This document shows, in pieces, positions 1 through 8,943 of a stretch of 64,000 bases of DNA. Source of the DNA: a virus; IMG/VR virus record IMGVR_UViG_3300044731_001604, positions 1 through 64,000 of that record. One strand, 5' to 3'. How positions within the stretch are numbered: the stretch's first letter is position 1; the number at the start of each line of letters is the position of its first letter. Below the pieces are notes generated by a model. That model made no database searches, had not been told where the DNA came from, and saw only the letters and a program-made list of their open reading frames with translations. The position numbers and the translations under genes were made by a program.

Positions 1-5
1 CACGC

Positions 6-659
6 ATGAAATTAACTCAATATGGAAGTATTGGATTATTAGGTAGAGTATTACCAGACCATTTAACAAAATATGTCCCACTTCAAGAAGTTGATGTTAG
101 TCATTATGGTGTTGATTTTTCAAAAGCAGTTGTAATTATATCTACCTATAGAGATCCACAAAGAACAATAATTGCAAGTGAAATTAAAAAAATAGCAGAA
201 TACGTATATTCTAAAGGCTTAATTCCAGTGTATGTTGGAAAAACTGGAGCTATGAGCATTTGGAAATCACATTTAGCTAAAAGTGACTTTGATTATCCTG
301 GCTTTGGTGTAGATTTAAGAGACAAGACTTCATTTTTAGAACTAGCTTCTGTAATGAAAAAGTCTAGAGCTGTTGTTGGTATGGATGGTGGCCCAATACA
401 CATTGCCTTTACTACAGATGTAACAGTTGTCTGTGGCTTTACTACAGTTAGTCCATCGCTAAGAATACCGTATAGAGGTATAGCTAAAACAATTGCGGTT
501 ATCCCTAATATTGCATGCAATTTTTGCGAATCAGATTGGTCGCTTGATACATGGAATTTCAACAATTGCCCTAGAAAACTTGAATTGCCAGAATGTGTAA
601 CGAAAATGACCAGCTCAAAGTTTATTGAAGCATTAGAGCAATTAGAAATTTTTAAATGA
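6..659 (+). CDS. Glycosyltransferase family 9 (ADP-heptose:LPS heptosyltransferase-like), C-terminal part; the gene probably starts before the window
   Basis: DLRDKTSFLELASVM..SRAVVGMDGGPIHIA matches the GT9 'DL.GKTsL.el..li....vg.DSGp.HlA' motif; C-terminal C..C....C.....C cluster. Confidence 0.75.
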   Translation: MKLTQYGSIGLLGRVLPDHLTKYVPLQEVDVSHYGVDFSKAVVIISTYRDPQRTIIASEIKKIAEYVYSKGLIPVYVGKTGAMSIWKSHLAKSDFDYPGFGVDLRDKTSFLELASVMKKSRAVVGMDGGPIHIAFTTDVTVVCGFTTVSPSLRIPYRGIAKTIAVIPNIACNFCESDWSLDTWNFNNCPRKLELPECVTKMTSSKFIEALEQLEIFK

Positions 660-666
660 GGTAGTT

Positions 667-882
667 ATGTTTACATATAAGCTAGTAGAAGTTGAATTAG
701 CGCAGATATATATGCAATGCGACCTTATTAAAACGGCGTCTCATGAAGCGTCAATGGCAGTTAAAGATGGTAAAGACCACATTTGCCAGATTAAAATCAA
801 GGACTTAGAGCAACAATTAAAAGAAGCAAATAAGCTAATTTCTCAATTACATTCAAAAATAGAGTATCTTAAAAACTCATAA
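667..882 (+). CDS. hypothetical coiled-coil protein
   Basis: ORF with GAGG RBS. Confidence 0.6.
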   Translation: MFTYKLVEVELAQIYMQCDLIKTASHEASMAVKDGKDHICQIKIKDLEQQLKEANKLISQLHSKIEYLKNS

Positions 883-884
883 GC

Positions 885-913
885 TTGCTATTGTACAGTA
901 TATATGATAAGAT
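885..913 (+). promoter_or_regulatory. sigma70-like early promoter
   Basis: TTGCTA-17bp-TAAGAT with extended TG, upstream of AGGAGG RBS. Confidence 0.55.
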
Positions 914-931
914 ATATATGTAGGAGGATTT

Positions 932-1228
932 ATGAGAGTCAGAGCAATTGTTTGTCCGGCATGCGGCACTGCTATATACTCTGTCGCAAACCATGACTAC
1001 AATACATGTGATTGTTCATACCCATGTGGCATAGCTGTAGATGGTGGACATATTGATAAAGATGGCACTCTCTCCTTTAGAAAAATGGCATATGGAACTG
1101 AAATAAATGTAGATGACATTAAAGAAGTAGAAATAAATGTTGACGCTTCTCCTGCTGAATTGTATAAAGATTGGAATGCATCTCTTAAAACCCCACGTAA
1201 ATTTGGGAGAATTGTAGGTTACAAATGA
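932..1228 (+). CDS. Zn-ribbon phage protein
   Basis: CPACG...HDYNTCDC...IAVDGG; AGGAGG RBS. Confidence 0.65.
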   Translation: MRVRAIVCPACGTAIYSVANHDYNTCDCSYPCGIAVDGGHIDKDGTLSFRKMAYGTEINVDDIKEVEINVDASPAELYKDWNASLKTPRKFGRIVGYK

Positions 1229-1977
1229 TGCGCATTATATTAGCAAAAACATTGCTATCTGCCTATTTAGCTTTGCCTGTTAAGGTCGCTGTTATTGATA
1301 CTGGGTTTGATTCTAGCTCTAAATGGGACTATGTTAATCCTAAAATATGCAAAAATGGATTTTATGATGCAACAAAATCTGATAAAGCAGAGCAAGTGGA
1401 AAGTATAACAGATGCACACTTCCCAGGGCACGGAACGCACGTTGCCGGACTTATTGCACAAAATGCAGGTGACTCCAACTACTGTATGGTTATCATGAAG
1501 TTCTACGATCCTAAAAAAGCCACTACTTTTGGACCTAGCAACCTTTTATTAGAGAGAGCAATAGCAGACCGCGTAGATATAATTAACTTTTCTGCTGGCG
1601 GTAACGAATATTCTAAAGAGGAATGCGATTTAGTTAAAAAGGCATTAGATAATAAAATTATTGTTGTTGCTGCAATGGGCAACAAAGGGCAAGATATCGC
1701 CAAACACCCATTTTATCCTGCAAGTTGCGACAAACGAGTGGTTAAAATAGAAAACGCTACTGCTGACAAAACGAGAGATGTAATGTCTAGCTACAGCTCT
1801 GGAAAAGGTGAGCGTATATTTAGCGCAAATGGCGTAAATGCTATAAGTACGTTACCAAATGGACATTACGGCGCACTTTCTGGAACATCTATGGCCACTG
1901 CCATTGTAACTGGTAAAATAACTAAAATAATTAGTCTCAAAAAGGAACAATTGAGACAGAAATTAAAAAATAATTGA
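1225..1977 (+). CDS. subtilisin-like serine protease (peptidase S8)
   Basis: catalytic triad motifs VAVIDTG, HGTHVAG, GTSMATA; oxyanion motif AAMGN; hydrophobic N-terminus. Confidence 0.9.
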   Translation: MMRIILAKTLLSAYLALPVKVAVIDTGFDSSSKWDYVNPKICKNGFYDATKSDKAEQVESITDAHFPGHGTHVAGLIAQNAGDSNYCMVIMKFYDPKKATTFGPSNLLLERAIADRVDIINFSAGGNEYSKEECDLVKKALDNKIIVVAAMGNKGQDIAKHPFYPASCDKRVVKIENATADKTRDVMSSYSSGKGERIFSANGVNAISTLPNGHYGALSGTSMATAIVTGKITKIISLKKEQLRQKLKNN

Positions 1978-1983
1978 AAATTG

Positions 1984-2012
1984 TTGACTTCCAAAAGTAA
2001 CTTTGTTATTCT
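1984..2012 (+). promoter_or_regulatory. sigma70-like early promoter
   Basis: TTGACT-17bp-TATTCT with extended TG. Confidence 0.65.
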
Positions 2013-2048
2013 TATTTAAGAAGCAAAAAACAAACAATAGAGGTTAAC

Positions 2049-2312
2049 ATGTCTATTAAAATGATGATTAAAAATCCTGAAACAAAACTTGAATATTACG
2101 TTGTAGAAGTATCTGAATTAGGAAAAGTTGTTGGGGTTCCATTTGTGACAAACTCTATTGAAGAAATGGCGATACTTGTTGAGCCGTTTGAAATATTCTT
2201 GGCTGATCTTGATGATGCTGTTAAGTCTATGAAAGAATATGAACATAATACTGCACACTTTGGATCTTTGGGTAGCTTTATGTTTTCTACATATGAAGGA
2301 CGGGTTTCGTAA
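2049..2312 (+). CDS. hypothetical protein
   Basis: ORF with GAGG RBS after promoter. Confidence 0.65.
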   Translation: MSIKMMIKNPETKLEYYVVEVSELGKVVGVPFVTNSIEEMAILVEPFEIFLADLDDAVKSMKEYEHNTAHFGSLGSFMFSTYEGRVS

Positions 2313-2506
2313 TGAAAAAAGAGATTTATGAGGTTTGGAGAAATACGCCAATTGGCGATTTAACTATGGGCCTATATACTACAATTGAAGAGGCAAATAA
2401 GCACAAAGAGAGTTGGAATAAGAAGATTAAAACTTCTATGGATAAAGCTTTTATATCTAGAAAAGTAATTCTAGAGAAATATGAAGAGGATTCTAATGGA
2501 ATATGA
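2312..2506 (+). CDS. hypothetical protein
   Basis: TAATG coupling to the upstream ORF. Confidence 0.6.
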   Translation: MKKEIYEVWRNTPIGDLTMGLYTTIEEANKHKESWNKKIKTSMDKAFISRKVILEKYEEDSNGI

Positions 2507-2702
2507 ATTTAAAGCTAAAGAACTTGAAAAGAAGATAGACGAATTGCAAGACGCCAAATTAGAATTGTTGCAAAAGGTAAAAGAAGCTACCGGCGTAGAA
2601 AAAGCCAACTTAATGGATAGATTTCTTGGTTTAAATGAAGAGCAAGAATTATTAGAATTTGAATTATTAACAGTGCAATCAGAAATATATGGTGACGAAT
2701 GA
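2496..2702 (+). CDS. hypothetical coiled-coil protein (likely start MEYEF at 2496)
   Basis: GAGGA RBS before ATG 2496; ATGA overlap with phoH. Confidence 0.55.
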   Translation: MEYEFKAKELEKKIDELQDAKLELLQKVKEATGVEKANLMDRFLGLNEEQELLEFELLTVQSEIYGDE

Positions 2703-3976
2703 ATAAGTCCGTTGTTGTTTTAGACACAAATGTTATTTTAAGCGACTATTCTGTATTAAATAAATTTGATAGAGATGTCTATATACCGCTTTGCGTTATA
2801 GAAGAGATGGATCGTTTTAAAAAAGACATGGGCGAAAACGGTAGGAATGCGCGTCAATTCAGTCGGTCAATTGACTCTCTAAGAGAAAAAGGCAGTTTGG
2901 CCACTGGGGTTCAGGTTGATAATAAAAATCATAAAGTATTTGTTGTAGATTTAACAAATTCTTCATTCTCTACTATGTCAGTAGACAATCAGATTATAGA
3001 GACTGCTCAAATCTTGAGTAAAGAATATGATGTAGAAATAATTTCTAAAGATATTAATGTTCGTATTAAGTCAGATGTAGCAGGAATCAAAGCTTCAAAC
3101 TATGAAGCTACTGCAATTGCAAACGACAGTGCATATACTGGGTATCTGGAACTAGAAGTAGAGCCAGATATGCTAAATTCATTTTACGAAGATGGATATA
3201 TAGAAATTGATTATCCATTTTTAGCGAATCAATATGTTATTATGAGAAGTTTAATCAATTCAAAACATTCGGCACTTGGCAGATATGATAAAAAACTGAA
3301 AGCAGTAGTCCAGTTGCTATTCTCAGACGATGTTTGGGGAATCAGATCTAAGAATGTTGAGCAAAGTTTTGCAATCGACGCCCTTTTAAATGATGATATT
3401 AAACTAGTGTCCTTAGTAGGGATTGCTGGATCAGGAAAAACTTTAATTTCAATAGCAGCGGCTTTGTTTAAAACTCTTGATGAAGGTAAATACGATAAAA
3501 TCTTGGTAAGTAGACCCGTTATTCCAATGGGAAAAGATATTGGGTATCTACCTGGCACTTTAGAAGAGAAATTAGCTCCATGGATTCAACCAATCGTAGA
3601 TAATTTAGAGTTTATTCTAGGTGGGGACAAACACTCTACTAACAGAGCAAAAGAATTAATTGAGCAAGGTATGATTAAAATTGAGGCTTTGACATATATT
3701 AGAGGTCGAAGTATCCCCAATCAGTTCATCCTTATAGATGAAGCTCAAAATCTATCAGCACATGAAATTCAAACTATCCTAACAAGAGTTGGAGAGGGTA
3801 CTAAGATTGTTCTTACTGGAGACCCAAACCAAATTGATAGCCCATATTTAGATGCAACTGATAACGGTCTTGTTCACGCAATCGAAAAATTAAAAGACAA
3901 TGAAATTGTAGCGAGTGTAACACTCACTAAAGGTGAAAGGTCAGAATTGGCTGATTTAGCGGCCAAATTTTTATAA
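2699..3976 (+). CDS. phoH: PIN-domain + PhoH-family ATPase (PhoH2/YlaK type)
   Basis: N-terminal PIN VLDTNVI...EEMD; Walker A GIAGSGKT; LPGTLEEKLAPW; YIRGRS; LIDEAQN; LTRVGEGTKIVLTGDPNQID. Confidence 0.93.
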   Translation: MNKSVVVLDTNVILSDYSVLNKFDRDVYIPLCVIEEMDRFKKDMGENGRNARQFSRSIDSLREKGSLATGVQVDNKNHKVFVVDLTNSSFSTMSVDNQIIETAQILSKEYDVEIISKDINVRIKSDVAGIKASNYEATAIANDSAYTGYLELEVEPDMLNSFYEDGYIEIDYPFLANQYVIMRSLINSKHSALGRYDKKLKAVVQLLFSDDVWGIRSKNVEQSFAIDALLNDDIKLVSLVGIAGSGKTLISIAAALFKTLDEGKYDKILVSRPVIPMGKDIGYLPGTLEEKLAPWIQPIVDNLEFILGGDKHSTNRAKELIEQGMIKIEALTYIRGRSIPNQFILIDEAQNLSAHEIQTILTRVGEGTKIVLTGDPNQIDSPYLDATDNGLVHAIEKLKDNEIVASVTLTKGERSELADLAAKFL

Positions 3977-3978
3977 CT

Positions 3979-4560
3979 ATGAAACAGCTTATACTGGATC
4001 TAGAATTTAACCAAGGCACCAAGACAATCATAGAGATTGGTGCCATAGCGTATGATACTAAAAGGGAGTCTATAATAGACACCTTTAATAGATTTATATA
4101 TACCACGGAAGAAATTCATCCAGACATAACTAAGCTAACCGGTATAACTAACGAGACTGTTAGTCGAAGCAATTCTTTAATCTATAATTATACAGAGTTA
4201 ATATCGTTTATAAAACAACATAAATTAGCCAAAGCCCCTATTACATGGGGTTCTGGCGATTCCGAAATGCTTTGGAAACAAGCAGATCCTAATTCTAAAC
4301 TATGGAATGAAAACCCATTAGGAAGAAACAATAAAGACATTAAGCAGCTATACCAGTTAATTGCCATGGGGTATGACCTTAACATCAAAGGCTCTCTGGA
4401 AGAAGTGCTTAAAAGATTTGGCATTGGTTGGGATTCAACCTACGGAAATCCACATAACGCATTAGCTGATTGTCATAATACAATCAGAGCATATAATTAT
4501 ATAAGAAAAAATTTCTTTGACAAGCAAAATATTGTCAATGTTATCGGAGTCCACAAATGA
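3979..4560 (+). CDS. DEDDh 3'-5' exonuclease
   Basis: LDLEFN..IIEIGA (ExoI), LTGIT, HNALADC (ExoIII). Confidence 0.88.
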   Translation: MKQLILDLEFNQGTKTIIEIGAIAYDTKRESIIDTFNRFIYTTEEIHPDITKLTGITNETVSRSNSLIYNYTELISFIKQHKLAKAPITWGSGDSEMLWKQADPNSKLWNENPLGRNNKDIKQLYQLIAMGYDLNIKGSLEEVLKRFGIGWDSTYGNPHNALADCHNTIRAYNYIRKNFFDKQNIVNVIGVHK

Positions 4561-4766
4561 AACGGTTAGATTATAATATAAAAATTTTAGAATTGATCAG
4601 GAAGTGTGCTGAAAAAAATCCAGATTTCAGATTTAATGAATTGCTGGCAAAACTTGGAATCTCAAGTGTAGACTACTCTTTCCGCGAAGGTCCGATACAT
4701 GAAGTAGACTTTTATGAAGATAGTGAGACAACTTTCAATAAAATTAAACAAGATATAACTATATAG
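4557..4766 (+). CDS. hypothetical phage protein
   Basis: ATGA overlap; NPDFRF..LL motif. Confidence 0.6.
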   Translation: MKRLDYNIKILELIRKCAEKNPDFRFNELLAKLGISSVDYSFREGPIHEVDFYEDSETTFNKIKQDITI

Positions 4767-4795
4767 TTGACAGTATATGTCAAAAATGCTACGAT
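4767..4795 (+). promoter_or_regulatory. sigma70-like early promoter
   Basis: TTGACA-17bp-TACGAT with extended TG. Confidence 0.7.
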
Positions 4796-4816
4796 TAAGG
4801 TAATCGAGGAGATAAA

Positions 4817-6457
4817 ATGCCTAAATTAAATAAAAACCACGGAACAGAAGCTCTAAGAAGTAAATTAATTTTGATATATGCAAACCTTGTAAAATCTGGA
4901 ATTCTGTTTCCTAAAAGAAGCGATCTTATCGCTGCAGGCTTGTCTCGCGATTCTATGAGACACCACTTTGGCACAATTGGCAACTTAAGAAAAATTGCAA
5001 AAGAAAGACATCCAGACGCATTTAAAAATGAACTTAGCTTAGACGATTACTTATCTAATTCCAATCTTAAAAAGATACATTCTAGAGTAAAAAAATACAA
5101 TAAATTTTTTATTACAACTGCGATTGCAGGACAAGCTGTACACAAAGATTTTTTAGCATCTATTAACCAATTTTGCAAAATTAATAAAGCTAAATTAATC
5201 TTATTACCATCCCATGACCCAGCGCATAATCTTGATTCTGAAGTTAACTGGATGTTTGATGAAAATATTAAGCACACTGAGTTTGATTACATTTTTGAAG
5301 ACTTAAGACTTAATAGCAATTTAATGATTAGCGGAATTAGAGTTACTGCCAAGCAAATTAACCCTGTAACGGGATTGTCTGAATTATCGCAAAAAGAAGG
5401 CTCTTGTATCTTTGCATCTCCTAAACAATCTCTTGAGTACGATGCTGTTAGTGCTAATCGTTTGCCACACGCACGTATGACTACAGGAGCTATAACTTTA
5501 CCGAATTACAATACAACTAAAGGCAACTCCCTTAGAACTAGCTACATTGCAACATTCCAACATGTTATTGGTGGAATTATAGTAGAAATTGCTGATAATA
5601 ACATTTTCCACTTTACACAAGTACAAGCAGATAAGAACGGATCTTTCTGCCATATGGGTAAAGAGTATTCTAAAAACAAGTGCGTACCAGTAAAAGTATC
5701 ATTTATAATGGGCGACTTACACGCAGGTGAGCATGACATTAAAGCTCTTAATGCTTGGAAAGAAATTATTAAAGAAGTTAAAGCATACCAAGTAGTATTC
5801 CACGATACATTTGATGGTAAATCCATTAGCCACTGGACAGAACAAGATGCTTTAGTTAGAGCTGAATTAGCTATGTCTGGAGAAAATTCTCTAGAGAACG
5901 AACTTAAATTAGTCAGAGATATCTTAGATGACGTATTATCCATCCCATCTGTTAAAAAAGGTGTAATTGTTAAGTCTAACCACGATGACTTCTTAGATCG
6001 TTATCTTAAACGCGGTGGATTCATGAAAGACCCTATTAACTTTAAACTTGGTTGCCAATTAGCAGCAGAAGTTGTAAACACGAATAAAGATGTATTAGAG
6101 CATGGAATTAACCTTGTAGGCGTTGGTAAACACCATAAAAAGATAAAGTTCTTAGGTGTAAATGAAGACTATTTAATTGGAGACGTACATGCCGGTGCGC
6201 ATGGAGATAGATCAAGCAACGGGTCTAAAGGTGCCATTAAGTCTTTAGCTAAGTCTTTTTCTAAAGGTGTATTCGGACATAGCCATACGCCAGGTATCTT
6301 CAAAAAAGCATTTCAAGTTGGAACAACTAGCAAACTAAGACAAGGATATAACAAAGGGCCTAGCTCTTGGGTACACTGTAGCGCCTTGGTCTATGATAAT
6401 GGTCAGGTTCAGCTAATTAACGCTTTAGACGGCAAATGGCGATCAAATAAAAAATAA
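4817..6457 (+). CDS. T5 A1-like protein with calcineurin-like metallophosphoesterase/nuclease domain
   Basis: GDLH, HDTFD, SNHD, HGD, GHSHTPGI...QVGT....GYNKGPSSW motifs; 546 aa, similar in size to T5 A1. Confidence 0.7.
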   Translation: MPKLNKNHGTEALRSKLILIYANLVKSGILFPKRSDLIAAGLSRDSMRHHFGTIGNLRKIAKERHPDAFKNELSLDDYLSNSNLKKIHSRVKKYNKFFITTAIAGQAVHKDFLASINQFCKINKAKLILLPSHDPAHNLDSEVNWMFDENIKHTEFDYIFEDLRLNSNLMISGIRVTAKQINPVTGLSELSQKEGSCIFASPKQSLEYDAVSANRLPHARMTTGAITLPNYNTTKGNSLRTSYIATFQHVIGGIIVEIADNNIFHFTQVQADKNGSFCHMGKEYSKNKCVPVKVSFIMGDLHAGEHDIKALNAWKEIIKEVKAYQVVFHDTFDGKSISHWTEQDALVRAELAMSGENSLENELKLVRDILDDVLSIPSVKKGVIVKSNHDDFLDRYLKRGGFMKDPINFKLGCQLAAEVVNTNKDVLEHGINLVGVGKHHKKIKFLGVNEDYLIGDVHAGAHGDRSSNGSKGAIKSLAKSFSKGVFGHSHTPGIFKKAFQVGTTSKLRQGYNKGPSSWVHCSALVYDNGQVQLINALDGKWRSNKK

Positions 6458-6465
6458 GAGATTTT

Positions 6466-7026
6466 ATGAAGTCTATATATTTTATTAAATACTATGACAA
6501 AAATGAGCCGAAACCAACTTTTGCAACAGTTGAGTCTGATTCTCTATTGGAACGCATGGCCTTACCTGGCTCAAGTGATTTAGTAAAAATTACCGAAATG
6601 ACTTACGGAATAGATTATAGATTTCTAATAGAAGTTAAAAACTCGGTATACAAAGAGAATACTGAGTTCATGTTCCGATATGATAACCATTCAATTATAG
6701 ATCAATCAAATAATATAGTTAATATAAAAATATTTAGTGGTATTTATAGAATTTTAAGCCATTTTCACTTCCCATATGCAAACGAATTAACAGGTTCCGT
6801 ACTTCACACAACTGGAAATACAGTTAATCCTTTATACAATCCGGCACCTGCTGTCAATCAAAATACACAATCAAGCTCAAATACCGCACCAAGCCAAGCA
6901 AATACGTCCCAATCGACACAAGATGAAGACAAAGGCGATGACGGCCACACGCATCAATATTCCACATATGTCGGGTTCATAGATACTTATGACTATTGTG
7001 TCATCTGTGGAGAAAGACGCAAATAA
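6466..7026 (+). CDS. hypothetical protein with low-complexity linker and C-terminal Zn-ribbon
   Basis: S/Q/T/N linker followed by HTHQY...YDYCVICG. Confidence 0.6.
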   Translation: MKSIYFIKYYDKNEPKPTFATVESDSLLERMALPGSSDLVKITEMTYGIDYRFLIEVKNSVYKENTEFMFRYDNHSIIDQSNNIVNIKIFSGIYRILSHFHFPYANELTGSVLHTTGNTVNPLYNPAPAVNQNTQSSSNTAPSQANTSQSTQDEDKGDDGHTHQYSTYVGFIDTYDYCVICGERRK

Positions 7027-7113
7027 TTTGTGGTATTATATAGTGTACAAAATACAGAGGTTCTAATTTCAAAACATCTGTAAGTAGACAAAATGCCAGT
7101 TGCAGAGGATTTT

Positions 7114-7362
7114 ATGAAAATATATGTTAAATACGACATGCCTGATGATAAAGAAGATTTTGAATTAGCCCAAAAAGCAGTAAAAATGTCCATCGCCATA
7201 GACGATATGTGGAATGAAGTGTTTAGACCGTTTTACAAACATGGCTATAAAAATAAAGAATTGAATGATCTTACTGAAAATGAAGATGTAGCTAAAGCTA
7301 TAGACCTTTTGGCAGAAATATACAGAGAAGTCTTAAGAGATAATGGATTATACGGAGATTAA
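7114..7362 (+). CDS. hypothetical protein (likely start MKIYV at 7114)
   Basis: GAGGA RBS before ATG 7114. Confidence 0.6.
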   Translation: MKIYVKYDMPDDKEDFELAQKAVKMSIAIDDMWNEVFRPFYKHGYKNKELNDLTENEDVAKAIDLLAEIYREVLRDNGLYGD

Positions 7363-7363
7363 A

Positions 7364-7582
7364 ATGAAAGTATGGAATATTGTTATTTTAAGTTTGTTGC
7401 TAGCAATTCTTGGTTCAATGAGCGTAAGTGTGTTGGCAGGAAAGTTCTTACAAAACCCAATGCCAGTAAGCATGATTCTTTCGTTTATTATTGGATTTAA
7501 AGCTAGATCTATTGTTGAAAGTACTGTTGGGTATACTCTCACTGAAGCAATGGATGAAGAGCGTAAAAATCACGTTGAATAG
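7364..7582 (+). CDS. small two-TM membrane protein (likely start MKVWN at 7364)
   Basis: GGAG RBS; two hydrophobic segments and a charged C-terminus. Confidence 0.55.
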   Translation: MKVWNIVILSLLLAILGSMSVSVLAGKFLQNPMPVSMILSFIIGFKARSIVESTVGYTLTEAMDEERKNHVE

Positions 7583-7591
7583 AGAGGAAAA

Positions 7592-7696
7592 ATGGGTAAG
7601 TATAGAGAAATTAGTTGGATTGAGATTACGATTTGGGGAATTCTGGCCTTTTCTGGAGTATTTGCAACACTTTACTTAATAGCGTCTCACAGTTAG
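7592..7696 (+). CDS. 34-aa single-TM protein (not in ORF track)
   Basis: GAGAGG RBS; MGKYREISWIEITIWGILAFSGVFATLYLIASHS. Confidence 0.45.
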   Translation: MGKYREISWIEITIWGILAFSGVFATLYLIASHS

Positions 7697-7728
7697 ATGT
7701 ATCAATTTGAAATAATTAATGAAAAATA

Positions 7729-7757
7729 TTGTTATTTCTATCATTTTGTGTTAAAAT
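7729..7757 (+). promoter_or_regulatory. sigma70-like early promoter
   Basis: TTGTTA-17bp-TAAAAT with extended TG. Confidence 0.5.
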
Positions 7758-7775
7758 TATTACATTGGAGATAAC

Positions 7776-8237
7776 ATGAAATATTTACCATTATTATTTC
7801 TAGTGTTAGCAGGTTGTGGAAAGTCTTTTGTTAAAGTTTTAACAATTAATTCCGACTTACAGCCATATTACCAAGATTTTATTAATGATGGTCTGTCTAG
7901 AGGTGTAGATCTTACAAAGACTGACAATCTAATATTAGAATTTGGTGATCTTCCTCCACATAGATTGGGCGTTTGTACTATTGGTTTTGTTAATAGCAAT
8001 ATGGTTACTCCAGAAGTTACTATTGACAGAAAGTATTGGGCCATTTCTAGCGAATTAGATAAGCAAACTGTTATACACCATGAATTAGCACATTGCCTTT
8101 TGCGCAAAGGACACAATGATTCCGTTAATGCTGATGGCTATCCAGTTAGCATTATGAATACATACTCTGTAAGCGAAGAATTTCCAATATATCTATACGA
8201 ACACTGGGATGAATATTTGGATGAATTGTATAGATAG
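7776..8237 (+). CDS. lipoprotein zinc metallopeptidase (HEXXH)
   Basis: lipobox LAGC; HHELAHCLLRKGH; Met-turn-like SIMN. Confidence 0.75.
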   Translation: MKYLPLLFLVLAGCGKSFVKVLTINSDLQPYYQDFINDGLSRGVDLTKTDNLILEFGDLPPHRLGVCTIGFVNSNMVTPEVTIDRKYWAISSELDKQTVIHHELAHCLLRKGHNDSVNADGYPVSIMNTYSVSEEFPIYLYEHWDEYLDELYR

Positions 8238-8246
8238 GAGGCTTAA

Positions 8247-8456
8247 ATGGAAACATTTTATCTTTCTGATGAAAATAATATTGAATTAGCAATGGAATTA
8301 ACTGAATTAGATTTTGACGAAATAGAAATTATTGTTGGAAGGTTTGCCAAAAACTCATGGAGAGCTGGCAAGCTTAGAGGAGAAGTTGTTAATAATTATG
8401 GCCGTATTTTTATTAGACATCACTTTACTAAAAAATTACTTTGGGAAAAAGATTAA
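8247..8456 (+). CDS. hypothetical protein
   Basis: AGGAGG RBS. Confidence 0.6.
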   Translation: METFYLSDENNIELAMELTELDFDEIEIIVGRFAKNSWRAGKLRGEVVNNYGRIFIRHHFTKKLLWEKD

Positions 8457-8468
8457 TTGGGGGATACA

Positions 8469-8684
8469 ATGGAATATATTTTTTTAATAAGCGTTATCAT
8501 AATTTTAGGCGTCTACATACGATTTTCAAGAAAGAAAATGGAAATTGAGCTACAAAGATTAGCAATTCTTAGAGAAGAGTCGTTAGCCAGACAAAAGATT
8601 TTATTAGACTTTCTAGATCCACAGCCAAAAACACCTAAAAATAGAGGATCTTTAACTGTAATTAAGCCAAATACTGAAGAATAG
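8469..8684 (+). CDS. small membrane-anchored protein (likely start MEYIF at 8469)
   Basis: N-terminal TM segment followed by coiled coil. Confidence 0.55.
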   Translation: MEYIFLISVIIILGVYIRFSRKKMEIELQRLAILREESLARQKILLDFLDPQPKTPKNRGSLTVIKPNTEE

Positions 8685-8694
8685 CTTAAAACGA

Positions 8695-8723
8695 TTGACA
8701 ACACTGATACTTTTACATATAAT
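8695..8723 (+). promoter_or_regulatory. perfect-consensus sigma70 promoter
   Basis: TTGACA-17bp-TATAAT. Confidence 0.85.
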
Positions 8724-8743
8724 ATTAATATATGGAGGTTACA

Positions 8744-8935
8744 ATGGCACAATCATCTTATGACGTAAATCCAACATTAGTACAAATTTTAGAAATCTCT
8801 AACAACATGCAGGATTTCCAAGCTGCCATTAACATGGCTTTACAATATGAAACTGATCCATCTAAAAGATACGAAATTTTAAAAGCATTGTTCCAAATGA
8901 AAATGGATGAAGCTACAAAGCTTATTAAGCACTAG
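8744..8935 (+). CDS. hypothetical helical protein (likely start MAQSS at 8744)
   Basis: GGAGG RBS; directly behind the consensus promoter. Confidence 0.65.
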   Translation: MAQSSYDVNPTLVQILEISNNMQDFQAAINMALQYETDPSKRYEILKALFQMKMDEATKLIKH

Positions 8936-8943
8936 GAGTTATT

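Noticed and set aside
4517-4545. TTGACA-containing promoter candidate
   Set aside because: No acceptable -10 at 16-18 bp; it lies in coding sequence within a short TTGACA..TGTCAA inverted repeat of unclear meaning.
7364-7582. Holin call
   Set aside because: Two TM segments fit, but the gene is in the early + strand region, not co-transcribed with the endolysin; evidence is insufficient.
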